Part shown: in pieces, positions 40,805 through 54,267 of the stretch
Position numbering within the stretch: the first letter of the stretch is position 1
Layout: the number at the start of each line of letters is the position of its first letter
Assembly (NCBI GenBank): GCA_951406725.2
Contig: OX597830.1
Span: 61,132,001 to 61,196,000 of the forward strand
Direction of reading: 5' to 3'
Origin: Octopus vulgaris
Taxonomy: Eukaryota
Length of the DNA: 64,000 bases
The notes under the pieces: model-generated
What the model was told of the DNA's origin: nothing
The model's input: the letters and a program-made list of their open reading frames with translations, nothing else
Databases searched by the model: none
Position numbers and translations under genes: made by a program

Positions 40805-40806
<2 letters not shown>
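40581..40806 (+). mobile_element. Palindromic element with two oppositely oriented hammerhead motifs, inserted in (TA)n
   Basis: Inverted arms span 40581-40734, centred at 40652. The plus motif is ctgt-CTGATGA-acggcaacggg-GAAAC-tcaga-GTA/acag (40663-40701). The minus motif is the same with CCGATGA. Confidence 0.8.
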
Positions 40807-40859
<53 letters not shown>

Positions 40860-41425
40860 GTGCTTATGGTAAATATATACACACACGCACACATGCGTAT
40901 ATATTTATGCGTGTATAGGTGTTTGTGTTGTGTGTCTCTATGCGTTTGTATGAATCTCAACTTTCATATACATACCTATTGGTTTATGCGCGTTTGCTAA
41001 TCTATATTAGAGATTGATATTATTGAGGAAGCCCTATGGTCAAACACTGACCATAAAAGCTTTCCATATATGACCTTCCTGTCTTATTTCTTACACATTT
41101 TATCCAATACTACATTGCAGAATGTATCCTTTGTCTTTTAAGATGATGGTTCATAGTTTGAGGGATATACGCTGCTATATCTAGCAAATCTAGTAGAGAT
41201 CTAGGTGTTTTTCACCGCTGTGTATTGCATGTATAAGATTACTGTAATATGCATACAAATGTGCATGTGCGTATAAAAATACTGAAGCATGCAGAGCGGG
41301 TGTATAACAAGCATGTATTTATATATGCGTTCATACGCGCGCGCATGTACATGGTTCTGATTACATCATTACAAATAAAGAACAACTATCATCATTTCCA
41401 ATAATAGGTGATCAACTGGCAGCTT

Positions 41426-41468
<43 letters not shown>

Positions 41469-41731
41469 CCCACACAAGCATACACATGTACACATAAACT
41501 TACATACGTTCACACATACAAACACGCACATTCGTTCATATAGAAAGATGCAAACAATTACTCTGGTAAATACAGAGAAATATATAAACACATGCATCGC
41601 GTTCAAACAGACTCATTAGCTGTGTAGGCATTAAAAACTACATACATACACCAGTCGCTCTACCTCTATATACACACACATAGTATAATTATATATACCC
41701 ACATTCTATACATATACTATGTATGTATGTA

Positions 41732-41849
<118 letters not shown>

Positions 41850-41968
41850 TACGTACATACATGCATACGTACACACTCAGACACACGCTTAAATACATAC
41901 TCACACATACATACAAAAATTGATGCGTTTAGCGTTTTTACAATTACAAAGACAAGCAGAGTATATAA

Positions 41969-42012
<44 letters not shown>

Positions 42013-42034
42013 CACCTACACGTATATATGCAAG

Positions 42035-42067
<33 letters not shown>

Positions 42068-42130
42068 ATATATAAATGTATACGCGTATATGTGTGCACA
42101 TATTTGCATATGCTTATATGTATATATATG

Positions 42131-42194
<64 letters not shown>

Positions 42195-42396
42195 TACACA
42201 CACACACATATGTATGTATATCCAAAAAGTTAAGAAAGTGACCCAAAGAGCGAGTGTTCTGTGCATGGCACTCACTAAACTTTTGATAAGTGCCATGCTC
42301 CTTCAGTCACTTTTACAACTTTCTACCGAAAACAATATGAAAGAAATACATTTGCATCGAGCCTCAGTTTTCTCCTGTTTGTTCTACCAAAAGTGG

Positions 42397-42495
<99 letters not shown>

Positions 42496-42575
42496 TATAT
42501 ATATATATGTATGTACACATGCATACATGCATATACATAGATATATAAATACATACAAACATACATATCTATACC

Positions 42576-42635
<60 letters not shown>

Positions 42636-42648
42636 CATATATATATAT

Positions 42649-42699
<51 letters not shown>

Positions 42700-43638
42700 C
42701 GTATGTATGAATCCCTATGTATGTATGCATGTATTGATGTATGTATGTATATATATGTATGAATGTATGTATGTCTAAGGGGTCTTTCGTTGGTCGACAA
42801 CGATGATTTTGTACCATCAACTTCCACTTACAGTTCATTATTGCACGCGAATTCGACCCCTTAACATAATTACCAAACTGAATCAGCGTGATACAATCCG
42901 TAACAAGTCCGGACCATCGAGCTATCAGTACAATCTATGTGGCAGGCTTCCACACAGTTTCCGGCTACCAAATTTCACACTCGAGGCTTGGGTCAATTTG
43001 AGGGTTATAGGAGAAGACACATGTCGCGGATGTAATTTACTGAGATCGAACCTAGTTTCAAATGATTACGTAGTGAACTTTAGGAAGCTACTTGATCATC
43101 CTACACACGCACGCACACGCACGCACACACACACACACACACGCACACGCACACACACACACACACACACGCACACACAAACACACACACGCACACACGC
43201 ACGCGCGCCAGCTTATCAATATGACGCACACACTCATCCATCGACTGTTTACATAAAGGGACGCGACTCGACGCACCATTGTACATTTTATACACAACTT
43301 AGATATACGCACAACAAACATACATACACACACACATACATACATGCATAGATACGTAAATAAAGATGCATGTATACATACATACAAATATACATACATA
43401 CATACATACATACATACATACATACATACATACATACATACATACATACATACATGCATATATATAAGCATATATATATATATACACACACGTATATATA
43501 TATATATGTATATTTATGCGTGTGTGTCTGCGTTTGTGTTATAAGTGTATAAAGATCGATAGACAGAGAGTGTGATAGATAAATAAATAGATAGATATAG
43601 ACAGACAGACAGATAGATAGATATGGACAGACAGACAT

Positions 43639-43789
<151 letters not shown>

Positions 43790-43832
43790 TAGACAGACAG
43801 ACAGATAGATATAGACAGACAGACAGACAGAC

Positions 43833-43865
<33 letters not shown>

Positions 43866-43922
43866 TAGACAGACAGACAGATAGATATAGACAGACAGAC
43901 AGACAGACAGATAGATAGATAG

Positions 43923-43979
<57 letters not shown>

Positions 43980-44295
43980 TATAGATAGAGAGAGAGAGAG
44001 GAGTAGACCCCGATAGATAGTCAGATAAACATAGACATACACAGATCGATAAGCTTCGTGCGATAAACATACTAATAGAAATATAGACGTAAGGGTAGAC
44101 GTATATGAAGGCATATATATAAATCTAGCTAACTATAATTTCAATACACGTACCTCGTCCTCTTGTGTTGTTTTTTGTGTTTGTTCTTGGTACTTTTGAT
44201 CTACTATATATATATATATATATACGTACATATATATATACATATATACATATATATACATATATATATGCATACATACGTATATATATATATAA

Positions 44296-44352
<57 letters not shown>

Positions 44353-44455
44353 CATATGTATATATACGTACATATGTATATAGATATATACATACATATA
44401 TATACATATATATGCATACATACATACATACATACATACATACATACATGCATAC

Positions 44456-44489
<34 letters not shown>

Positions 44490-44667
44490 TTGCATAGATA
44501 TCTACATGAAATACGTGTAGGACAAAATTTGATAACTAGAGATGTTAGGGAGTAATTAGATATATAGTAAGAGATTGAAATTATAGAATGATAAATACTC
44601 ATACAAAAAGATAGAAAGATCGATCGATCGATAGATAAGATTGTAAAAAGAATAGCTTGTGGCTTAC

Positions 44668-44976
44668 CTTGGACATAACCCTGTCTTCATTGTTTTCCTC
44701 TTCGTCACGAAACACAATATTCGGATTCAGGTTTGTAACCATCTCTTTGAATCGAGGATCAGGCTTTGTGATTTTGCCCTCATGAATGCCACTTGCCCCT
44801 ACTGTATTCTCAGATACATTTGGAATATGTTGCTTAAACACCAGAGGTGTCCTTTTACGGGGTCCACGCCGCTTGCCGGGGCCCCTTCCTGGTCCACAGG
44901 CTAGAGAATGACTTGTTACCAGTAAGAAAAACACTAAGATCATTCCAAGTTGATGTCGAAGCGACCTCTGCGGCAT
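44668..44976 (-). CDS. hh: Hedgehog family signalling protein, first coding exon (signal peptide plus N-terminal part of the Hh signalling domain, 103 aa)
   Basis: Translation is [26 protein letters not shown]|[37 protein letters not shown]...[20 protein letters not shown]. It has a hydrophobic signal peptide followed by the invariant CGPGR, and TPLVFKQ-PNV-E-T-GASG. The exon ends at AAG|GTAAGC (phase 0), matching the conserved hh intron 1 position before RCKDKLN. Confidence 0.98.
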
Positions 44977-44980
44977 CGTG

Positions 44981-45104
44981 CTGGATTAAAACGAGGAGGA
45001 GAAAATAATAAATAAATAGATGAATGAAGGAAAGAAAGAAAGAACGAAAGAAGGAAGTGAAAAATGCTCGGGGTAACTTGCTCCCTCCAAATCAATTTAT
45101 ATAG
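44981..45104 (-). promoter_or_regulatory. Candidate splice acceptor 4 nt before the hh ATG, and/or a proximal TATA-like element
   Basis: Minus strand reads a long pyrimidine tract ...ttttctcctcctcgttttaatccAG|cacgATG. There is also ctatataaat about 120 bp upstream of the ATG. Confidence 0.45.
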
Positions 45105-45215
45105 GTTTGTGTGTGTGAGTATATATATGTGTGTGTGTTTCGGTGCACAGAAGGCTTGAAGTATGACTTATTATATACACCATGCTCACATACATATACA
45201 CATTGTATGCATTAC

Positions 45216-45255
<40 letters not shown>

Positions 45256-45312
45256 CACAGACATAAATGCACATACACACATATACGTTTATAATGTCTA
45301 TTACATATTATA

Positions 45313-45770
45313 TTTTATTATGTATATATATATATATACATGTATGTATACGTGTGTATGTATGAATGTATGATATACATGCACATAGACACTCTCTCTA
45401 TATATATATATGTATATATATATATACTTTTCCGTGAGTTTTCACTTTTCCTTATCCTCTTCCTCCTCCCCTTCACCTCCTCTTCCTCTTCTTCTTCCTC
45501 TTCCTCCTCCTCCTCCTCCTCCTCCTCCTTTTCCTCCTCTACCCCCTCCTCCGCCTCTTTCTCTATATGTCGATTATTCTTTTTTTAATGTTCCATGCCT
45601 TTTCTTTAGTTTTTTTTTAATTTTTGTTTCTTTTTTTATGTGTGTGTTAAAGACCATACACGCACAGACGCGCACACACACATGCAAACGCACATCCACT
45701 CACATAGATTCACACATACACACACATATATCTTTCATCTTACATATATAGACACCAGACAGATTTCCAT

Positions 45771-45810
<40 letters not shown>

Positions 45811-45867
45811 ATATATGTTCAGATATTTGCATGTAACTATACCTAGCTATCATCCATCCATCCATCC

Positions 45868-45941
<74 letters not shown>

Positions 45942-46129
45942 TTATCTATCTAATATATCTCTCTCTCTCTTTCTCTCTCTTTAAATATATATATATATTT
46001 ATATATATATATATATATATATGTATATAATTATGTATAAATGTGTGCTTGTGTTTATGTATTTATATGTGAATATATATTTATATATATATATATATAT
46101 ATATGCGTGTGTGTACGTATGTAAGTATG

Positions 46130-46177
<48 letters not shown>

Positions 46178-46967
46178 TATATATATATATGTATGTATGT
46201 ATGTATAGTTCCCTGTATTGTGCGTGTGTGTAGAAAAATATATTTTATAGTTTTTCTCCTCTTCTACCGACGTGGTTGTTAATGTTCTTCTTCTTACTGT
46301 CAACGTGCTCTGCTTAATTAGCCAGCAATCATTACTTTTTATCAATTAACTTGCATTAATTTCCACTTTTTCTCTTTCTTTTTATCTTTAATTTCCTTCT
46401 CTATTTCGACTTTCGCTTTTCAAGAAACGATGGCATTTCTTCGCGTTGCCATCGCTATTGTTGCTAGCGCTGTTGTTGTTTCTGTTGCTTGTTGTTGAGG
46501 AAGCTGAAGATGTGAACGATGAGCTGTGATGTTTTTATTGGCAATGCTCTTCTTCTTGTTCATGCTGTTGTCGTCGTGTTGTTGTTGTTGTTGTTGTTGT
46601 CGTCATCGTACTGGACGGAGTGATCGCCACCTCTCTTGTCATTCAACTATCTGCTGTGTTTTTTATTATTGTGGTTGTTGTTGTTGTTGTTGGGGGAGGG
46701 GGTGATGGTGGTCCTACTACAAGAAGAAGAAGAAGAAGAAGATGATGAGGAGGTAGTGGTGGCGTTGATGGTGGTGTCGGTTGATGGTCGTGATGGTGGT
46801 GGTGGTGGTGGTGGTGGCCGGGTGACAAGTGGAATAAAACAAAGCAATATTCGGAGCTGCAGTCAGAAACGGTAGACAGCCAGAATACAGGTTGGAAACT
46901 ATATGAACCTGTCGATTAGTGACACACACACACACACGCACACACACGTACACACATACACACACAC

Positions 46968-47044
<77 letters not shown>

Positions 47045-47495
47045 TACGCACGCACACACACACACACACACACACACATATGCACGCACACACACACACA
47101 CACATACGCACACACACACACACACATACGCACGCACACACATACACACACATACACACACACACATACGCACGCACACACACACACACACATACGCATG
47201 CACACACACACACACACATACACACACACATACGCATGCACACACACACACATACACACACATACACACACACACATACACACACACACATACGCACGCA
47301 CACACACACACACCAATCATATACCTGTTCATGTATATAAACATACACTCATACATAGTCTCCAACACACGCACATACACACACACGCACACGCACAGAC
47401 GCACGCGCACACACACACATCTTTCACACGACGACACACAATGACTGTAACAACAGCAGCAGCAACAACAACAACAGCAGCGGCGGCAATGACGT
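45313..47495. repeat. Tandem duplication unit, copy 1 (~2.18 kb)
   Basis: Near-identical to 47496-49693, including about 700 bp of non-microsatellite sequence (46205-46920 vs 48340-49052). Confidence 0.95.
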
Positions 47496-47951
47496 TTTTA
47501 TTATGTATATATATATATATACATGTATGTATACGTGTGTATGTATGAATGTATGATATACATGCACATAGACACTCTCTCTATATATATATATGTATAT
47601 ATATATATACTTTTCCGTGAGTTTTCTTTTCCTTATCCTCTTCCTCCTCCCCTTCACCTCCTCTTCCTCTTCTTCTTCCTCTTCCTCCTCCTCCTCCTCC
47701 TCCTCCTCCTTTTCCTCCTCTACCCCCTCCTCCGCCTCTTTCTCTATATGTCGATTATTCTTTTTTTAATGTTCCATGCCTTTTCTTTAGTTTTTTTTAT
47801 ATTTTTGTTTCTTTTTTTATGTGTGTGTTAAAGACCATACACGCACAGACGCGCACACACACATGCAAACGCACATCCACTCACATAGATTCACACATAC
47901 ACACACATATATCTTTCATCTTACATATATAGACACCAGACAGATTTCCAT

Positions 47952-47995
<44 letters not shown>

Positions 47996-48033
47996 ATGTT
48001 CAGATATTTGCTATCTATCATCCATCCATATCC

Positions 48034-48101
<68 letters not shown>

Positions 48102-48275
48102 CTATTATCTATCTAATATATCTCTCTCTTAAATATATATATATATTTATATATATATATATATATATATGTATATAATTATGTATAAATGTGTGCTTGT
48201 GTTTATGTATTTATATGTGAATATATATTTATATATATATATATATATATGCGTGTGTGTACGTATGTAAGTATG

Positions 48276-48306
<31 letters not shown>

Positions 48307-49071
48307 GTATGTATATATATATATATGTATGTATGTATGTATAGTTCCCTGTATTGTGCGTGTGTGTAGAAAAATATATTTTATAGTTTTTCTCCTCTTC
48401 TACCGACGTGGTTGTTAATGTTCTTCTTCTTACTGTCAACGTGCTCTGCTTAATTAGCCAGCAATCATTACTTTTTATCAATTAACTTGCATTAATTTCC
48501 ACTTTTTCTCTTTCTTTTTATCTTTAATTTCCTTCTCTATTTCGACTTTCGCTTTTCAAGAAACGATGGCATTTCTTCGCGTTGCCATCGCTATTGTTGC
48601 TAGCGCTGTTGTTGTTTCTGTTGCTTGTTGTTGAGGAAGCTGAAGATGTGAACGATTGAGCTGTGATGTTTTTATTGGCAATGCTCTTCTTCTTGTTCAT
48701 GCTGTTGTCGTCGTGTTGTTGTTGTTGTTGTTGTCGTCATCGTACTGGACGGAGTGATCGCCACCTCTCTTGTCATTCAACTATCTGCTGTGTTTTTTAT
48801 TATTGTGGTTGTTGTTGTTGTTGTTGGGGGAGGGGGTGATGGTGGTCCTACTACAAGAAGAAGAAGAAGAAGATGATGAGGAGGTAGTGGTGGCGTTGAT
48901 GGTGGTGTCGGTTGATGGTCATGATGGTGGTGGTGGTGGTGGTGGTGGCCGGGTGACAAGTGGAATAAAACAAAGCAATATTCGGAGCTGCAGTCAGAAA
49001 CGGTAGACAGCCAGAATACAGGTTGTAAACTATATGAACCTGTCGATTAGTGACACACACACACACATACG

Positions 49072-49103
<32 letters not shown>

Positions 49104-49131
49104 TACGCACGCACACACACACACACATACG

Positions 49132-49180
<49 letters not shown>

Positions 49181-49257
49181 ACACACACACACACATACGC
49201 ATGCACACACACACACACATACACACACACACATACGCATGCACACACACACATACA

Positions 49258-49296
<39 letters not shown>

Positions 49297-49297
49297 G

Positions 49298-49346
<49 letters not shown>

Positions 49347-49693
49347 ACACACACATACGCACGCACACACACACACATACGCATGCACACACACACACAT
49401 ACACACACACACATACGCATGCACACACACACATACACACACACATACACACACACACATACACACACACATACGCACGCACACACACACACACAATCAT
49501 ATACCTGTTCATGTATATAAACATACACTCATACATAGTCTCCAACACACACACATACACACACACACGCACATACACACGCACGCACACGCACAGACGC
49601 ACGCGCACACACACACATCTTTCACACGACGACACACAATGACTGTAACAACAGCAGCAGCAACAACAACAACAGCAGCGGCGGCAATGACGT
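47496..49693. repeat. Tandem duplication unit, copy 2 (~2.20 kb)
   Basis: The junction reads cggcaatgacgt|ttttattatgtata. This copy runs on into unique sequence at ...gcaatgacgt|atgatg. Confidence 0.95.
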
Positions 49694-49830
49694 ATGATGA
49701 TGACGATGGTGGCGAGACGCGACGGCTACGACGACGACGACGACGTCCGGGCCGCCGCAGCCGCCACCGCCGCCACCGCCGCCACCACCACCACCGCCGC
49801 CACGATGATGATGATGATGATGAACCGGTC
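49620..49830. repeat. GC/CpG-rich trinucleotide island (CAG, GAC, GCC, CAC runs) upstream of hh
   Basis: The only markedly CpG-rich stretch in an otherwise AT-rich window. Confidence 0.8.
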
Positions 49831-50375
49831 TCCCTCCCTCCCTGCCTCCTCCCACCCTCCTTACTCCTCACCTTCCAGTAGTCTTTAACACTTTTCTAAA
49901 CCACTGACCCACCAATCTCTTCATTTCCTCGTACTTACTCTCTCATTCTTACCCTCCTTCTCTTATCCCCCCCATCCTCTCTTACTTTCTCTCCCTTCCA
50001 TCGTCTCCCTCCCCCTCTCTCCCTCTCCCTCCTCTCTCTCTCTCTCTCTCTCACTGTACCTTCTTCCACTGTTTCATTACTTCTCTCTCTGATTCTTGCC
50101 ATAACAATCTCATCTCTCTCTATTTCTCTTTCTCTCACTATCACCCTCTTTTTCCCCCCACTCCCACTCTCTCACATTCACAAACACACGCACCAATAAG
50201 GCTCTACTCTCACGTACAGACAGTATCATCCGCATGCATTTCCCCCTCCTCACACGCATGTATCTGTCTGTCACCCTGTCGCCCTCCTCCCACTCCCACT
50301 TCCTCCCCTTCCTCCCCTTCCTCCTCCTCCTCCTCCTCCTCCTCCTCCTCCCCTTCCTCCTCCTCCTCTCTCCCA
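49830..50375. repeat. Polypyrimidine/polypurine (CT, CCT) tract
   Basis: Read directly. Confidence 0.85.
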
Positions 50376-50855
50376 CAATACACTGTCCACACATCAATCC
50401 GCACACACAAACACAAACATTTTCGCCTCTGTATTTCAGACACAATGCTACGCACCTTTTTCTTCAAGGAATCCTCTATGTGGTTGCTCAAAATGCTAGT
50501 GATAGATGCCAAAAATTTCTTAATTACACCCTAACAGTGTTTAAAATGAAAAGGTGCCGCCGCACACTTGATGATATTGAAAGTTGAAGATAGCCCTCCC
50601 CGCCACAAAAAAAGATAGGACGGCCAAGGTTGGACTGGCTTTGATGGTAGTAGGGTTGAGTAGGAGCTGAACAACACCAACAACAACAATTGGCTTGTAG
50701 TCAAACCAACCTCTCTCTTACGCGTAGATTCACGCACTCGCGCGCACGCACTGCCCCCCCTCCTACTTCACAAAGAGAACAAACACACTGGAAGATAAAT
50801 GTACACACGCGCACTTTCTTTTCTTACTCCCCCCCTTCTTGCTCTTTTTATACAC

Positions 50856-50958
<103 letters not shown>

Positions 50959-51026
50959 ACAACTCTATCATTCGACCAAACATTTGTCCAGACTGACAGA
51001 CACATGCACATATACATACTACACAC

Positions 51027-51074
<48 letters not shown>

Positions 51075-51215
51075 ACGCACTCCCTCTGTCTCTCTCTGTC
51101 TCTCTCTCTGTCTCTCTCTCTCTCTGCTTTCTCTCTCTTTCCGTCTATGTCTAATACACGCATGCGCTCGCACATACGAGCATACACACACCCTCTTTTA
51201 CATACTTGCACACAG

Positions 51216-51256
<41 letters not shown>

Positions 51257-52016
51257 TACAAGGGTGCGTATACACACACACACAAAGACACGTACACACA
51301 CATACACGCGCATACACACCCACTTTTACACACTTGCACACAGGCACGTACACACACATACACACACACAAATACAAGGGTACGTATACACACACACACG
51401 CACATACACACCCTCTTTTACATACTTGCACACAGGCATACGTACACACACACACGCGCATAAACACACGTGCATACACACACATATAAAACATACGCAC
51501 TAACATACAAACATACACACACACACACGCATACAAAAACATACACACTAACACAAGGGCGTCATGTTGTTGATGATGATGATGATGATGATAATGATGA
51601 TCATCATCATCGTCATCATCACTTTTCTCATCTTTCATTCCCCACTCAATATAAACACACTTTCTCTCTCTCTCTCTCTCTCTATCTCCTCCCACTCACT
51701 CTCTCTTCTTGCCCCTCCCCCCTCCTCGCAGCCCACCCATCCTTACCTTCACCTCTCTTTCTTCTACTCTTCTTTCTTCTACTCTTTTCTTCCTACATCT
51801 TTTCATTGTTTTCTTATGTCCTTATGTTGTTCCGTTCCCCGCCCCCCTTTTTTTCTATCTATCCATGCATCTTTATATCATAGCACCACACACTTCGCTT
51901 ATGTATGTATGTATGTATGTATGTATGTATGTATGTATGTATGTATGTATGTATGTATGTATGTATGTATGTATGTATGTATGTATGTACATATATATGT
52001 ATGTATGTATGTATGC

Positions 52017-52051
<35 letters not shown>

Positions 52052-52236
52052 TGTATGTATGTATGTATGTATGTATGTATGCATGTATGTATGCATATAT
52101 ATGTATGTATGCATGTATGTATGTATGTATGTATGTATGTATGTATGTATGTATGTATGTATGTATGTATGTATGTATGTATGTATGTATGTATGTATGT
52201 ATGTATGTATGTATGTGTGTGGGTGTATGTATGTAG

Positions 52237-52275
<39 letters not shown>

Positions 52276-52335
52276 GTATATGTATGCATATATGTTTGTC
52301 TATATGTATGTATAGATGGATGGATATATATACAT

Positions 52336-52373
<38 letters not shown>

Positions 52374-52374
<1 letters not shown>

Positions 52375-52563
52375 CTTTATTTAAAGCAGCAGAAAATTCA
52401 GTTTTTGCTAGAATAGCAAAAACTGTCCGATGAACGGCATCGGGAAACTCAGAGTAACAGGTTTTGTTGAATTTTCTGCTGCTTTAAATAAAGCATATTA
52501 CTCTACCACTGGTATTTGAGTACTCTTTTTTCCCACCTTGTTTCACATTTATGTGTTTACTCC

Positions 52564-52564
<1 letters not shown>
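52374..52564 (+). mobile_element. Second copy of the 40581 palindromic hammerhead element (left arm internally deleted)
   Basis: ctgt-CCGATGA-acggcatcgg-GAAAC-tcaga-GTA/acag. The 3' tail is nearly identical to 40700-40806. Flanked by (TA)n. Confidence 0.85.
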
Positions 52565-52657
<93 letters not shown>

Positions 52658-53209
52658 CTGCATGAATCTGCCTGTCCGGTGCCTGCTATTGTTTGTCAAT
52701 GTTGTTGCAGTCCCACCTCAAGCCTAATCGTATCTTTCTGTCTTTCGACGTCTTAACATTAACTTTCTCTCTCATCATTTTGCACAGCGTAACAAGAATC
52801 TAATCAGCAAATGAATTTGTTACACACCCACCACTGTTGTTGTTGTTGTTGTTGTTATCGATCATGCTGATGTGCGTATTCTGCCACTCCCGCACCCTAT
52901 TAATATCACTAACCGTTCAGCCATCGTTCACTTTGAATGCTCATGGACAGACCGGGACTTTCAAAACCCTAGGAAAGTGTGTCTGTGTGTTTGGATATGC
53001 CTAATGCTATTTCGTTGTTGCTTCGGCCCAGGCCAGACCCGTTCGAGCAGGCGTTCCATCGAAGTTTCCCGCCTAGGACTACATTGGATAAAGCAGTAAG
53101 AAGTTTGCTTCTCAACTACACGGTTCCAGGTTCAGTCCCACCTCGTAGCATCCTGGGCAAGTGTCTTCTTCTATAAACTATAAATATAAGCTGAAAGAAA
53201 TCCGTCGTA

Positions 53210-53247
<38 letters not shown>

Positions 53248-53257
53248 CACATATATA

Positions 53258-53491
53258 TTCTATTCTTTTATTTGCTTCAGTCATTTGACTGTGGCTACGC
53301 TGGAGCACCACCTTAAAAGGGTTTTAGTAGAACAAATCGACCCCAGGACTTATTCTTTGTAAGCCTAGTACTTATTGTATCAGTCTCTTTTGCCGAACCG
53401 GTAAGTTACAGGGACGTAAAACCACCAACATCGGTTGTGAAGCGATGGTGGAGGGGAAACAAACATAAATACAAACACAAATATATACATA

Positions 53492-53535
<44 letters not shown>

Positions 53536-53725
53536 CTGTGTGCGTATGTATTATGTATGTATACGACGGGCTTCTTTTAGTTTCCGTCCACCAAATCCAC
53601 TCGCAAGTCCTTGGTCGGCCCGTTGCTATAGTAGAAGACACTTACTCAAGGTGCTACGCAGTGGGACTGAACCCGGAAGCATGTGGTAAGCAATCAAACT
53701 TCTTATCACACAGTCACGCCTGCGC
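53258..53725 (-). mobile_element. SINE family B (partial opposite-strand copies flank it at ~53095-53210 and ~53810-53985)
   Basis: Family pattern. Confidence 0.85.
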
Positions 53726-53736
53726 CTGTGAGTAAA

Positions 53737-53796
<60 letters not shown>

Positions 53797-54267
53797 TATA
53801 TATATACCAACTTGTGTTGGTGCGTTTACGTCTCCAGTAGGTTAGCGGTTCGACAAAAGAACAGATAAAATATATATCAGGCTTCAAAAAATAGAAATAA
53901 CCTCTGGAGGCGATTCGTCCCACTAAATTTCTTTATGGTGGTGCCTCAGTATGGCCGCTATCTAATGACTGAAACAAGTAAAAGGTAAACGTAGGCTAGT
54001 ATTTGGAAGAAATTTAGCTACTATTTTTGGAACGTTAATTGAGCATGTAGGGTGTCTATCGTTGGCTGGTCTAAGCGCCAAAAGCCCATGTTGGCATTTC
54101 TACAGGGCAACAATGTAATACCAGAAACTGCGGTTTTTGTGCAATATATATAGGCGTGTACCGTAGGAGTTTTCATGTATAGTCCATGTTCGGCTACGGT
54201 TAAATTAAAAGAAAAAATTGAAGATGTGTGAGTCTTGGTATTCTTTTTAATTGTTTTCTATATATAA

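Noticed and set aside
44599-44667. C-terminal 22 aa of the hh ORF in the track (VSHKLFFLQ...)
   Set aside because: This is read-through into intron 1 past the AAG|GTAAGC donor.
46636-46875. ORF with signal-peptide-like and acidic segments, repeated at 48770-49006
   Set aside because: It is built from trinucleotide runs with a TTG start, and the repetition is explained by the tandem duplication.
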